A stretch of 61,346 nt of DNA, taken from positions 1-61,346 of the forward strand of contig JALSYX010000038.1 of the NCBI GenBank assembly GCA_027071805.1, given 5' to 3'. Below are positions 31,403 to 40,839 of this stretch, piece after piece. How positions within the stretch are numbered: the stretch's first letter is position 1; each line of letters opens with the position of its first letter. The notes below the pieces were generated by a model. It searched no databases, was not told the origin of the DNA, and was given only the letters and a program-made list of their open reading frames with translations. The position numbers were made by a program, and so were the translations under genes. This DNA comes from Sulfurimonas sp. (lineage in GTDB: Bacteria; Campylobacterota; Campylobacteria; Campylobacterales; Sulfurimonadaceae).

Positions 31403-32393
31403 ATAAAAGTTCCTTTGCACTGCTTATGATTTTTTCTGGTGCTATTTCTCGAATGGAAAAATCATTTTTATTAATTTTTAAAATATCAACTTCCGAAGGA
31501 GAATGCAAAGCAATATTTTTACTCGTCTCAAAAATCATCCGCTCATTCGTTGGTCCAAAAAGTGTAATAGAAGCAATATTTTGTGCCCATGCCATATGGG
31601 TAGGGCCTGTATCGTTCCCTATAACTAAATCCATATGCGATATAAAAGAGACGAGTCCATCTAAGGCAAGTTTTGGAGCAAGCAGTGCATTTGCACACTC
31701 TTTTTCAAGCCATAAAGCCGCCTCTTTTTCTTTTTCACTGCCCCAAATAACATAAAATTGTGCATCTAAGCCTTGACACACTGCTGCTAAAAGTTCCTTT
31801 GGATAAATCTTCGACTCCCAAGAAGCGCCAATCACCAAAGCAATATTTTTGTGCTCCTCTGGAAGTTTAAAATGCTCTCTCACTGGAAACACTGCCTCTT
31901 TATGTAAAAGCATTGTATCGCTCACTTGAAAGCCCAAAGCATCACCAACCACAAAACAGTTGCGTTTGACGACACTTGTTTCATATGCAATCTTTGAACT
32001 TGTTTTATACAACAAGGCAGCCAAAGATTCACGTGTTGAAGATTTGTCAAAACCATGTGTATTTTTCCCAATAACACGTGCAACAATAGCGGACTTTATA
32101 AGCCCTTGCATATCAATAATCATGTCATAAGAAGGAAGCAAACGCAAGTTTTGAATCATTTGCTTAAGGAGTGAAAAACTTTTTTCTTTCTTTATCTGTT
32201 TTATATCTATGCTGTGTACGGCATTTATAAGAGGATGTGATTCTAAAAGTGGAGCAAACACGGCTTCTGTAATCCAGTCGATTTTGACATCTGGATAGTA
32301 CTGTTTTATAAATTGCAATACAACAGCACTATTGACAATATCACCCAATGCGGAGAGTCTAACAATGGCAATATTTTTTATATTTGTATTCAT
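31392..32393 (-). CDS. waaC: LPS heptosyltransferase I
   Basis: IVRLSALGD, DMQGLIKS, GNDTGPTH, LFGPT. Confidence 0.93.
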   Translation of the reverse strand: MNTNIKNIAIVRLSALGDIVNSAVVLQFIKQYYPDVKIDWITEAVFAPLLESHPLINAVHSIDIKQIKKEKSFSLLKQMIQNLRLLPSYDMIIDMQGLIKSAIVARVIGKNTHGFDKSSTRESLAALLYKTSSKIAYETSVVKRNCFVVGDALGFQVSDTMLLHKEAVFPVREHFKLPEEHKNIALVIGASWESKIYPKELLAAVCQGLDAQFYVIWGSEKEKEAALWLEKECANALLAPKLALDGLVSFISHMDLVIGNDTGPTHMAWAQNIASITLFGPTNERMIFETSKNIALHSPSEVDILKINKNDFSIREIAPEKIISSAKELLYGL

Positions 32394-32400
32394 TGATGAC

Positions 32401-32409
32401 ATTTTATCA
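32401..32409 (-). promoter_or_regulatory. Extended -10 (TGaTAAAAT) 7 nt before waaC ATG; probable leaderless transcript
   Basis: Minus strand TGATAAAAT-gtcatca-ATG. Confidence 0.55.
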
Positions 32410-32476
32410 AAGAACTGCTTAAGCACTTGTAAGCAAAATTTCGTTACACTATCTTCACAAATTAAGAGGTGGCACC

Positions 32477-32971
32477 ATGGAATTGAGTTTTCAAACTGTA
32501 GTATACATTATCGTAGGTTTTATTCTTGGCTGGTTTTTGAGTTATATTAAAAGCCGATTTGAGATTTACAGACATAAAAAAGAGCTCAAAGAGTACAAAG
32601 AACATCTCAATCGGCAGATGAAAATCACCAATGAAGGCAACCAAAGTCTTGAGAGAGAACTGTATGACCTCAAAAAAGTCAATGAAAACTTACGAGCCAC
32701 CATACAAACACTCAGTAACAAACCCGGCCGTGCCGAGATTAAACTGCTCAATATTTATGATGCCACTTTAAGAAAAATGATGCAAAAAGCACCAGGTTTT
32801 TCTGGGGCATGGGAAACCTCGCTCCAAGAAGTAGAAAAAGATTATGAAGAACGAGAACAAGGTTTAAAAACAGTTGTCAAAAAAGTCTTCACAAACCCTT
32901 TTGCAAGCCATACACCAAATAATGAAACAACAGAAGATACACAAATTTTAGAAAACAAAGAAGGTAAATAA
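32477..32971 (+). CDS. Hypothetical protein (N-terminal TM plus coiled coil)
   Basis: GAGG SD, single TM, heptad-rich region. Confidence 0.8.
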   Translation: MELSFQTVVYIIVGFILGWFLSYIKSRFEIYRHKKELKEYKEHLNRQMKITNEGNQSLERELYDLKKVNENLRATIQTLSNKPGRAEIKLLNIYDATLRKMMQKAPGFSGAWETSLQEVEKDYEEREQGLKTVVKKVFTNPFASHTPNNETTEDTQILENKEGK

Positions 32972-33870
32972 TGTCCCATTCAGATATGCAAAGTTTTATA
33001 GATGGACGAGAGAAAGCAAGAAACTATTTTTGTAACAAGTTTGAAAAAGATGTTCCAAACAGATCTTCCGCTGTAGAAAAAGAAAAAATTTTAAGTGCAC
33101 TTATCAAAATAAAAGCAAGTGTTAAAAACTGTGAGGGTGTCTATGTGCTCGATGCCAAAGGTACACAAATCACAGATACATACACAGCCTACAAAAGAGA
33201 AAAAGCAGAAGGAGAAGATAGAAGTGATAAATCCTACTACTACCGTGCTATTCGCGATACACGCTGTAACCTTACAGACCCCTACCCATCACCAACAGGA
33301 GGCTTACTCGTCACCATATCTAAACCCTTATACTCGCAAGATAATAATTTAGAGTATATTGCCTGTTTGGATATGCCTTTAGAAGAAGTGGTGCGTATCT
33401 CTCACCTTGACAAAACGGAAATATTTTTTAAATACTTTTTTAAATTCTCATACTCTATTTTTGCATTTGCGCTTATAGCTGTCTCTCTTTTACTTTTTGT
33501 TGAGGGAACACAAAGTTTTTTCTCGAATGAAATCACCCCTGACAACTTTAAAATTAAGTATGTTTTTGAAGCCACGATTTTAATTACCTTAGCACTCGCC
33601 ATCTTTGACCTCTCTAAAACACTCATTGAAGAGGAGGTTCTCGGTTGGGTAAAACATAGTGAACTCTCAGGACCACACAAAACAATGGTGAAGTTTTTAG
33701 GTTCTATCATCATTGCTCTTTCTATTGAGGCACTTATGCTTGTTTTCAAATTTGCTATCACAGATCCAAATCAACTTGTTTTTGCGATGTATATTATTGC
33801 CGGTGTTGCGTTTTTACTCGTTGGACTTTCAATTTACATCAAATTTACAACAGAGAGTGCGCATAAATGA
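32971..33870 (+). CDS. Cache/PDC sensor domain protein with C-terminal 4-TM region
   Basis: YVLDAKG, DRSDKSYY, TDPYPS, VTISKPL Cache signatures followed by four hydrophobic helices. Confidence 0.8.
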   Translation: MSHSDMQSFIDGREKARNYFCNKFEKDVPNRSSAVEKEKILSALIKIKASVKNCEGVYVLDAKGTQITDTYTAYKREKAEGEDRSDKSYYYRAIRDTRCNLTDPYPSPTGGLLVTISKPLYSQDNNLEYIACLDMPLEEVVRISHLDKTEIFFKYFFKFSYSIFAFALIAVSLLLFVEGTQSFFSNEITPDNFKIKYVFEATILITLALAIFDLSKTLIEEEVLGWVKHSELSGPHKTMVKFLGSIIIALSIEALMLVFKFAITDPNQLVFAMYIIAGVAFLLVGLSIYIKFTTESAHK

Positions 33871-34478
33871 TAGGTATCGTTGATTATAACATGGGAAATC
33901 TTGCAAGTGTGCAAAATGCCTTTGCAAAACTTGGCTGTGAAACAGCAATAGTAAGTCACCCCGAAGCATTTCAAACATATGACAAACTTGTTTTACCTGG
34001 CGTTGGTGCATTTGGCGATGCCATGGAGCATTTACGAGAACGTCACATGATAGAAGCTTTACAAAAGTATGCACAAAGTGGCAAGTATATGCTTGGTATC
34101 TGTCTTGGTATGCAGCTGCTTTTTGAGAGTAGTGAAGAGTTTGGAAAACATACAGGACTAGGACTCATAAAAGGAAAAGTAACTGCGTTTGATACAACAA
34201 AATTCAGCGAGCCGCTTAAAGTGCCACATATGGGCTGGAACAGAATGTTTACAAAAAATCATCCGCTTTTTCAAAATTTAGACGAAGAACATTACCTCTA
34301 TTTTGTGCATACATTTCATGTAAACTGTACAAATGAAGCAGATATTATAGGAAGAACCAATTATGGCTATGAATTTACTTCTGCTGTAGCCCATCAAAAC
34401 ATTTTAGGTATCCAACCCCACCCAGAAAAAAGCCATGATAATGGTATGAAAATTTTAGAAAACTTTATAAACTTATAG
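33867..34478 (+). CDS. hisH: Imidazole glycerol phosphate synthase glutaminase subunit
   Basis: [31 protein letters not shown]. Confidence 0.97.
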   Translation: MIGIVDYNMGNLASVQNAFAKLGCETAIVSHPEAFQTYDKLVLPGVGAFGDAMEHLRERHMIEALQKYAQSGKYMLGICLGMQLLFESSEEFGKHTGLGLIKGKVTAFDTTKFSEPLKVPHMGWNRMFTKNHPLFQNLDEEHYLYFVHTFHVNCTNEADIIGRTNYGYEFTSAVAHQNILGIQPHPEKSHDNGMKILENFINL

Positions 34479-34492
34479 GACATAAAAAGACA

Positions 34493-35203
34493 ATGACATT
34501 ATACCCCGCAATAGATTTAAAAGATGGACAGGCAGTACGACTCACAAAAGGACTCATGGAGAGTGCAAAAATTTACTCTAATGAACCCTATGAACTTGTA
34601 AACAAGTTCGAAACTATGGGTGCTGAGTGGGTGCATTTAGTAGACCTTAATGGTGCATTTGCAGGTGAGCCGAAAAATTTAGCACAGATTATCAAAATTC
34701 GTCAAAATTCAAAGGTAAAACTTGAACTTGGTGGGGGCATTCGTGATGAGGCAACCATTCAAAAGATGCTTGAAATTGGTATAGATAGAATTATTTTAGG
34801 CTCTATTGCCGTCAAAGAACCCCAATTTGTCAAAGATATGGCAGCCAAATACCCCATAGCTGTTGGCATAGATGCTATTGATGGCTATGTAGCCGTTGAG
34901 GGCTGGGGTGAAGTAAGCCAAATGAAAGCAACTGATTTAGCTCGTGAATTTGCAAATGCAGGGGTTGAAGCCATCATTTGTACAGATGTTGGACGCGATG
35001 GAACACTCAGTGGGGTCAATGTTGATTTTACTTTAGATATTGCTCGTGCAAGTGGGATTAGCACCATAGCAAGTGGTGGTGTTAAAGATGCCAGCGACAT
35101 TGAAGCACTCATTGCGACTAAAGAAATTGATGGTGTTATTATAGGAAAAGCATACTATGAGGGACGCTTAGATCTCGAAAAGATGTTTAAACTGCTTGAT
35201 TAA
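34493..35203 (+). CDS. hisA: ProFAR isomerase
   Basis: [32 protein letters not shown]. Confidence 0.97.
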   Translation: MTLYPAIDLKDGQAVRLTKGLMESAKIYSNEPYELVNKFETMGAEWVHLVDLNGAFAGEPKNLAQIIKIRQNSKVKLELGGGIRDEATIQKMLEIGIDRIILGSIAVKEPQFVKDMAAKYPIAVGIDAIDGYVAVEGWGEVSQMKATDLAREFANAGVEAIICTDVGRDGTLSGVNVDFTLDIARASGISTIASGGVKDASDIEALIATKEIDGVIIGKAYYEGRLDLEKMFKLLD

Positions 35204-35269
35204 TAGTAAAGAAAACAAAAATTCGCTATTATTAGAGACAAATTTGCAAATTATTGAAAAGGATTTCCA

Positions 35270-35644
35270 TTGAAATTACTTGTTGTTGATGACAGCTCTA
35301 CAATGCGTCGTATTATTAAAAATACTTTAGCTCGTCTTGGATATAAAGATGTCTTAGAGGGTGCTGATGGTGTCGAAGGTTGGGCTCAAATGGATGCAAA
35401 TCCAGATATTGACATGCTCATTACAGACTGGAATATGCCAGAGATGAATGGTCTTGAACTCGTACAAAAAGTACGTGCAGATGAGCGTTTTGTAGATACC
35501 CCTATTATTATGGTTACAACAGAAGGTGGAAAAGCAGAAGTCATTACTGCACTCAAAGCTGGTGTAAATAACTATATAGTAAAACCATTTACACCGCAAG
35601 TACTTAAAGAAAAGCTAGGTGCTGTTATGGGTGTTGCTGAGTAA
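35270..35644 (+). CDS. cheY: Chemotaxis response regulator CheY
   Basis: VVDDSSTMRRI, TDWNMPEMNG, VTTEG, KPF; TTG start after AAAGGA. Confidence 0.96.
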   Translation: MKLLVVDDSSTMRRIIKNTLARLGYKDVLEGADGVEGWAQMDANPDIDMLITDWNMPEMNGLELVQKVRADERFVDTPIIMVTTEGGKAEVITALKAGVNNYIVKPFTPQVLKEKLGAVMGVAE

Positions 35645-36477
35645 TGCAGCAACACTACTTTGAGTTAGTAGTCAAAGTCTCCTCGCACCATGCACTTTTT
35701 TCCGATTTTTTATCAGACACCCTGCCTCTTGGTTTTGAAGAGACAGATGATGGATTTATCGTTCGGAGTGAAGATGATTTAGAAACAATCATTTGGGGCT
35801 TAGAACAGTTTAATGAGGCCTTGCAAAAAGCACTCTCTACAAACATAGAACTTGAGTGCACACAGACAAAAAAAGAGAATAGTGACTGGGTAAAAAAATA
35901 CCAACAGAGTATAGAACCTATCGAAATAGAGCAGTTTTATATTCATCCAACGTGGAATGAACCTAAGGCAAATCGTATCAATATTGCTATTGACCCTGCC
36001 CTTGCATTTGGAACAGGACACCATCCAACTACAGCTTCTTGTCTCAAAGCAATTGCACACTATGTCAAAGAAGAAGATACCCTCCTTGATGTGGGCTGTG
36101 GCAGTGGAATTTTAGCTATGGCAGCAATGCAACTTGGTGCACGTGTTGATGCTTGTGACACAGACCCTATCTCTGTAAAAAATGCACAAGAAAATGCACA
36201 ACTCAATGGCTTAACATTTGCAAATATTTGGGAAGGATCTTCTAACAAAACGCAAGAGCAATACAATGTGGTTGTCGCCAATATTGTTGCAGATGTTTTA
36301 ACTTTTATTGCCAATGACTTAAAAAAAGCATTAAAAAACAGTGGTATCTTGATTTTATCAGGCATACTCAATCAATATGAAGATAAAGTTCTATCTTACT
36401 ATAAAAATTTAACCCTACTCGAGCGAATTCCACAAGAAGAGTGGATTACTTTAGTTTTAAAAAAAGAAGAGAAATAA
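35644..36477 (+). CDS. prmA: Ribosomal protein L11 methyltransferase
   Basis: DPALAFGTGHHPTT, LDVGCGSGIL, ANI, LSGIL. Confidence 0.96.
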   Translation: MQQHYFELVVKVSSHHALFSDFLSDTLPLGFEETDDGFIVRSEDDLETIIWGLEQFNEALQKALSTNIELECTQTKKENSDWVKKYQQSIEPIEIEQFYIHPTWNEPKANRINIAIDPALAFGTGHHPTTASCLKAIAHYVKEEDTLLDVGCGSGILAMAAMQLGARVDACDTDPISVKNAQENAQLNGLTFANIWEGSSNKTQEQYNVVVANIVADVLTFIANDLKKALKNSGILILSGILNQYEDKVLSYYKNLTLLERIPQEEWITLVLKKEEK

Positions 36478-38436
36478 ATGGCACAAAACAAACAAAATAA
36501 TAATAACAACAATAACAATAACTTTTTCAATCAAAACCCACTTATAACATTTGCAATCTTTTCCGTCGTAGTGATTTTACTTTTTAAGGTAGTTGTCGGT
36601 AATGGGGCAGGAGCAGATCTTGCAATGCAATCAAATACAAGTAGAATCAAGCAAGTGAGCTACTCTGAGCTCAAGGCACTTGTTGCTGCAAAAAGTGTAA
36701 GCAAGGTTGAAATAGGACAAAGTTACATCAAAGCAAAAGCAAATGATGGCACACTCTACACAACACGCATTGTCCGTGGTGACACTTCTTTGGTCCAAGA
36801 GCTCGATAAACAAGGCATTGATTATGGTGGTTTTAGTGAAACAAACTGGTTTACCGAGATGTTTGGCTGGTTATTTCCTTTTCTTATTATCATTGGTCTA
36901 TGGATGTTTTTTGCTGGACGTATGCAAAAAAGTATGGGTGGCGGTCTCCTTGGTATGGGTCAATCTAAAAAAATGGTAAACTCTGAAAAACCCGATACCA
37001 AGTTTGATGATGTTGCAGGTGTTGAAGAGGCAAAAGAAGAGGTGCAAGAGATTGTAGACTTTTTAAAATATCCTGGTCGTTATGTAGAAATAGGAGCAAA
37101 AATTCCTAAAGGAGTTTTACTTGTAGGCTCTCCTGGTACAGGGAAAACACTCCTTGCCAAAGCTGTTGCTGGGGAAGCGGAAGTGCCATTTTTCTCCGTA
37201 AGTGGTTCGAGTTTTATAGAGATGTTTGTCGGTGTTGGTGCTGCTCGTGTGCGTGACCTTTTTGAACAGGCAAAAAAAGATGCACCAAGCATCATCTTTA
37301 TCGATGAAATTGATGCTATCGGAAAAAGCCGTGCTGCAGGTGCCAACATGGGTGGCAATGACGAACGTGAACAGACACTCAACCAACTGCTGGCTGAGAT
37401 GGATGGTTTTGGTACCGATACACCGGTGATTGTCCTTGCTGCAACCAACAGACCAGAAATTCTCGATGCGGCACTCATGCGACCAGGGCGTTTTGATAGA
37501 CAAGTACTTGTAGATAAACCCGACTTTGAAGGACGTGTTAAAATTCTGAATGTCCATATGAAAAATGTCAAAATGGATGCAGATGTGGATGTTGAAGAGG
37601 TCGCACGCTTAACCGCAGGACTCGCAGGCGCTGATTTAGCCAATGTCATTAATGAAGCAGCACTCTTAGCAGGGAGAAAAAGTCAAAAAACAGTCAAACA
37701 AAAAGATTTGTTTGAATCTGTTGAGCGTGCAATCGCTGGACTTGCAAAAAAATCTCGCCGTATTAACCCAAAAGAGAAAAAAATTGTTGCTTATCATGAA
37801 AGTGGGCATGCTCTTTTAGCTGAAACAACAAGAGGAGCAAAAAAAGTCTCAAAAGTTTCCATCGTTCCGCGTGGACTTGCTGCTCTTGGCTATACACTCA
37901 ATAAACCAGAAGAAGATAAATTTATGATGCAACTGCATGAACTCTGGGCGGAAGTAGATGTTCTTCTTGGTGGTCGTGCGGCTGAGCAAGTTTTTATTGG
38001 AGAGATTTCAACAGGTGCTGGCAATGACCTTGAGCGTGCAACTGACATCATCAAATCAATGGTGCAAACCTATGGTATGAGTGACATTGCAGGGCTTATG
38101 GTTCTTGAAAAATCACGTCAATCTTTCTTAGGTGGCGGAGTGCAAGCAAGCCGTGAATATAGTGAAAAAATGGCTGAAAATATGGATGAGTTTATCAAAG
38201 CTTCACTCAGTGAACATTATGATATGGTCATCGCAAGACTTGAAGAGTACAGGGATGCCATCGAATCAATGGTAGCACTCTTGTATAAAAAAGAGAATAT
38301 CACAGGTGAAGAGGTTCGAGAAATTATTATCAAATTTGAAAAAGAACATGGCATAGACTCGAAAGTTGAGGAAGTCTCTGAAACTATAGAAGAAGAGCTC
38401 AAAGTTGATGCAACAATGGCAGACAATGAAAAATAA
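36478..38436 (+). CDS. ftsH: ATP-dependent zinc metalloprotease FtsH
   Basis: Two [29 protein letters not shown]. Confidence 0.98.
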   Translation: MAQNKQNNNNNNNNNFFNQNPLITFAIFSVVVILLFKVVVGNGAGADLAMQSNTSRIKQVSYSELKALVAAKSVSKVEIGQSYIKAKANDGTLYTTRIVRGDTSLVQELDKQGIDYGGFSETNWFTEMFGWLFPFLIIIGLWMFFAGRMQKSMGGGLLGMGQSKKMVNSEKPDTKFDDVAGVEEAKEEVQEIVDFLKYPGRYVEIGAKIPKGVLLVGSPGTGKTLLAKAVAGEAEVPFFSVSGSSFIEMFVGVGAARVRDLFEQAKKDAPSIIFIDEIDAIGKSRAAGANMGGNDEREQTLNQLLAEMDGFGTDTPVIVLAATNRPEILDAALMRPGRFDRQVLVDKPDFEGRVKILNVHMKNVKMDADVDVEEVARLTAGLAGADLANVINEAALLAGRKSQKTVKQKDLFESVERAIAGLAKKSRRINPKEKKIVAYHESGHALLAETTRGAKKVSKVSIVPRGLAALGYTLNKPEEDKFMMQLHELWAEVDVLLGGRAAEQVFIGEISTGAGNDLERATDIIKSMVQTYGMSDIAGLMVLEKSRQSFLGGGVQASREYSEKMAENMDEFIKASLSEHYDMVIARLEEYRDAIESMVALLYKKENITGEEVREIIIKFEKEHGIDSKVEEVSETIEEELKVDATMADNEK

Positions 38437-39067
38437 TCTCTTTCCAATCTCCAAGAATGGCTTTCAATATATTTTATATGCCTTTATTGCTTCGATTGTT
38501 TTTGCAATTTTAGATTTAGAGTTTTTCTCTTTTCTCTCCTTTGTTCTAATTTTTGCACTCGTTTACTTTTTTAGAAATCCTGAGCGAGAAATTTCAATCT
38601 TTGATGCAGGGAGTGTCGTCTCTCCTGTAGATGGAGAAGTTATTTCCATAGAGGAGTTGTCACAATCTGAATATGGCTATAAAGTAGTAGTAAAAAGTGG
38701 CTATATGGATACTGGTGTACTTCGTGCTCCATGTGATGGCTATATCACAAAGGTAGCACTTCAAAATGGTGCGAGGCTCTCTTTTTCTACACCTACAGCA
38801 CAAGCCTTAAATGCACAACTTGAGTTGCTTTTTAAAAATGAAAAGTACAACACAGTAAAAGTAAAACATATACTCACACGAAGTTTTGCACCCTTAGCAC
38901 TGAGTATTTTCCAATCACAAAGTATTCGCCAATCCTCACGTTATGGCTTTATGCTTAAAGGTTATACAGAAATATATATTCCAAATAATTTCCGTCTCAA
39001 TATTCACAAAGGAAATAGGCTCAAAGCTTCTCAAAGTTTGCTAGGATTTTTTATAGCTATTCCTTAA
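38426..39067 (+). CDS. Phosphatidylserine decarboxylase-related protein, apparently lacking catalytic residues
   Basis: YFFRNPER, VVSPVDG and LRAP motifs present, but the GS cleavage site reads GY (RYGFMLKGYTEIYIP). Confidence 0.8.
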   Translation: MKNNLFPISKNGFQYILYAFIASIVFAILDLEFFSFLSFVLIFALVYFFRNPEREISIFDAGSVVSPVDGEVISIEELSQSEYGYKVVVKSGYMDTGVLRAPCDGYITKVALQNGARLSFSTPTAQALNAQLELLFKNEKYNTVKVKHILTRSFAPLALSIFQSQSIRQSSRYGFMLKGYTEIYIPNNFRLNIHKGNRLKASQSLLGFFIAIP

Positions 39068-39077
39068 AAAGCAAATC

Positions 39078-39109
39078 TTCATAAAAAGTTCATAATCTTT
39101 TGATACAAT
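39078..39109 (+). promoter_or_regulatory. TTCAT-N6-TTCAT response-regulator box plus extended -10 (TGaTACAAT)
   Basis: Direct repeat with 11-bp period at 39078-39093, 10 nt before TACAAT (39104-39109). Confidence 0.7.
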
Positions 39110-39139
39110 TAAATCATTAATTATCTAGTGGAGGAAAAG

Positions 39140-40222
39140 ATGTTTCATACTGCGATTCAAGCTTTAAAGTACAATAAACTCAAAACTTTTCTTATCTACT
39201 TGAGTTTAACTTTTTCTATTGCTTCTATCTTTCTCATCAGTTCCATTGCACATGGCATCATTGGAATGTATAGCACTATGCTTCAAAATGATGGCAATAT
39301 CATTGTCACACAAAAGAAAATTGCCGATACTTTTTTCTCAAATGTTGATATTCATCTCCTTGATGCTATTAATAAACTCGATAATGTCTCTTCCGCTTCA
39401 GGCATGATTTTAGGAGCTTCTCCTGTTGCCTCTTTACCTATTGTTGCCATTTATGGTGTCACACAAAATCGTTTTAAAAACTATAAACTCCTCAAAGACC
39501 ACTACCCTGCTCTTGGAGAAGCCCTTGTTGGTGCTTCTATTTACCAAAAATTACAAGACAAAAAGAGTATTCAAATTGCCAATAAAACTTTTAAAATCTC
39601 TGGTGTTTTCACAAGTGATATAGGCTTTGAAAATGGAGGCATTGTTCTCAACATCAAAGATGCTGGCACTATTTTTAACAAAAGTGCTTCCATCTTACTT
39701 ATCAACACTAAGCTCAATGCAGACATCCAAACAATTATCAAAAACATCAAAAAACTTGATGCAAACATCGATGTCAAATCAACACAAAATTTTGTAAAAA
39801 ATTACAATCAATTTAAGATTATTGAAACTTCAGCCCATGTTATTTCCCTTTTAGCCTTTATTATGGGGCTTATCAGTGTAGTGAGTATCATGAGCATTAC
39901 TGTGCATCAAAGACAAAACGAATTTGGTATCAAACGAGCATTGGGTATTTCTATGCAAAAAGTTATTTTCTCTTTACTCAGTGAAAGCCTTCTCTTAGCC
40001 TTTGTAAGTTTTTTCAGTGCTGCTCTGCTTGCACAAACACTTCTTAGTATCATCAAAGAGATTCCACAACTCCAAGGCTATGTCAATGGAAGCATCTCTT
40101 TGGAACTTTTTTTATGGATTTTTCTCACCTCACTTGCGATGACACTTTTAGGCTCTATTTTACCTGCCTTCAAAGCGGCAAAGACAGATCCTATCTTACT
40201 CATTCAAGGAAATTTTTCATGA
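39140..40222 (+). CDS. MacB/FtsX-type ABC transporter permease
   Basis: TM1, periplasmic domain, 3 TM; QRQNEFGIKRALG, LPAFKAAKTDP; GGAGG SD. Confidence 0.92.
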   Translation: MFHTAIQALKYNKLKTFLIYLSLTFSIASIFLISSIAHGIIGMYSTMLQNDGNIIVTQKKIADTFFSNVDIHLLDAINKLDNVSSASGMILGASPVASLPIVAIYGVTQNRFKNYKLLKDHYPALGEALVGASIYQKLQDKKSIQIANKTFKISGVFTSDIGFENGGIVLNIKDAGTIFNKSASILLINTKLNADIQTIIKNIKKLDANIDVKSTQNFVKNYNQFKIIETSAHVISLLAFIMGLISVVSIMSITVHQRQNEFGIKRALGISMQKVIFSLLSESLLLAFVSFFSAALLAQTLLSIIKEIPQLQGYVNGSISLELFLWIFLTSLAMTLLGSILPAFKAAKTDPILLIQGNFS

Positions 40223-40839
40223 TAAGTGCTATAAACATTTCACACCGTTATCAAAATGACCTTGTCTTACACAATATCTCCCTACATATTTTCAAAGGAG
40301 AGTTTGTTGTCTTTACAGGTGAGAGTGGTAGTGGGAAATCTACCCTACTCTCCATTCTCTCAACACTTTTAACACCAAGTGAAGGGAGTTTACTCTTTTT
40401 AGGAAAAAGAGTAGAAGATATTGCAAATATTGATACCTTTCGAAAAGAAAACATTGGTTTTATTTTTCAATTTCATTATCTCATTGAGTATCTCACACTA
40501 AGAGAAAACCTCACAATCGCCAATGAAAAAGTTACAAATACAGACATTCATACACTCACCCAAAGACTTGGAATTACAGAACTTTTAGACAAATACCCTA
40601 ATGAAATCTCTGGAGGTGAGAGACAACGTGTGGCAATAGCCCGCGCACTCATTAACAAGCCAAAAGTCATCTTTGCAGATGAAGCCACAGGAAATTTAGA
40701 TTCACAAAATTCTCGTATTGTCTTTGAACTTTTTCAAGAACTTGCACAAGAAGGAACAACTATTATTGCAACAACACATAACAAAAAACTCGCAAAATTT
40801 GCAGATACACGCTACGAGGTTACCGATGGACAACTTTAA
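40219..40839 (+). CDS. ABC transporter ATP-binding protein (LolD/MacB-type)
   Basis: GESGSGKST, GFIFQ, ISGGERQRVAIARAL, ADEATGNLD, TH; ATGA overlap with the permease stop. Confidence 0.95.
   Translation: MISAINISHRYQNDLVLHNISLHIFKGEFVVFTGESGSGKSTLLSILSTLLTPSEGSLLFLGKRVEDIANIDTFRKENIGFIFQFHYLIEYLTLRENLTIANEKVTNTDIHTLTQRLGITELLDKYPNEISGGERQRVAIARALINKPKVIFADEATGNLDSQNSRIVFELFQELAQEGTTIIATTHNKKLAKFADTRYEVTDGQL

Noticed and set aside
40114-40825. Long overlaps among the ABC and oxidase-like ORFs suggesting frameshifts
   Set aside because: Internal ATGs with SDs at 40219 and 40826 give ordinary short coupled overlaps
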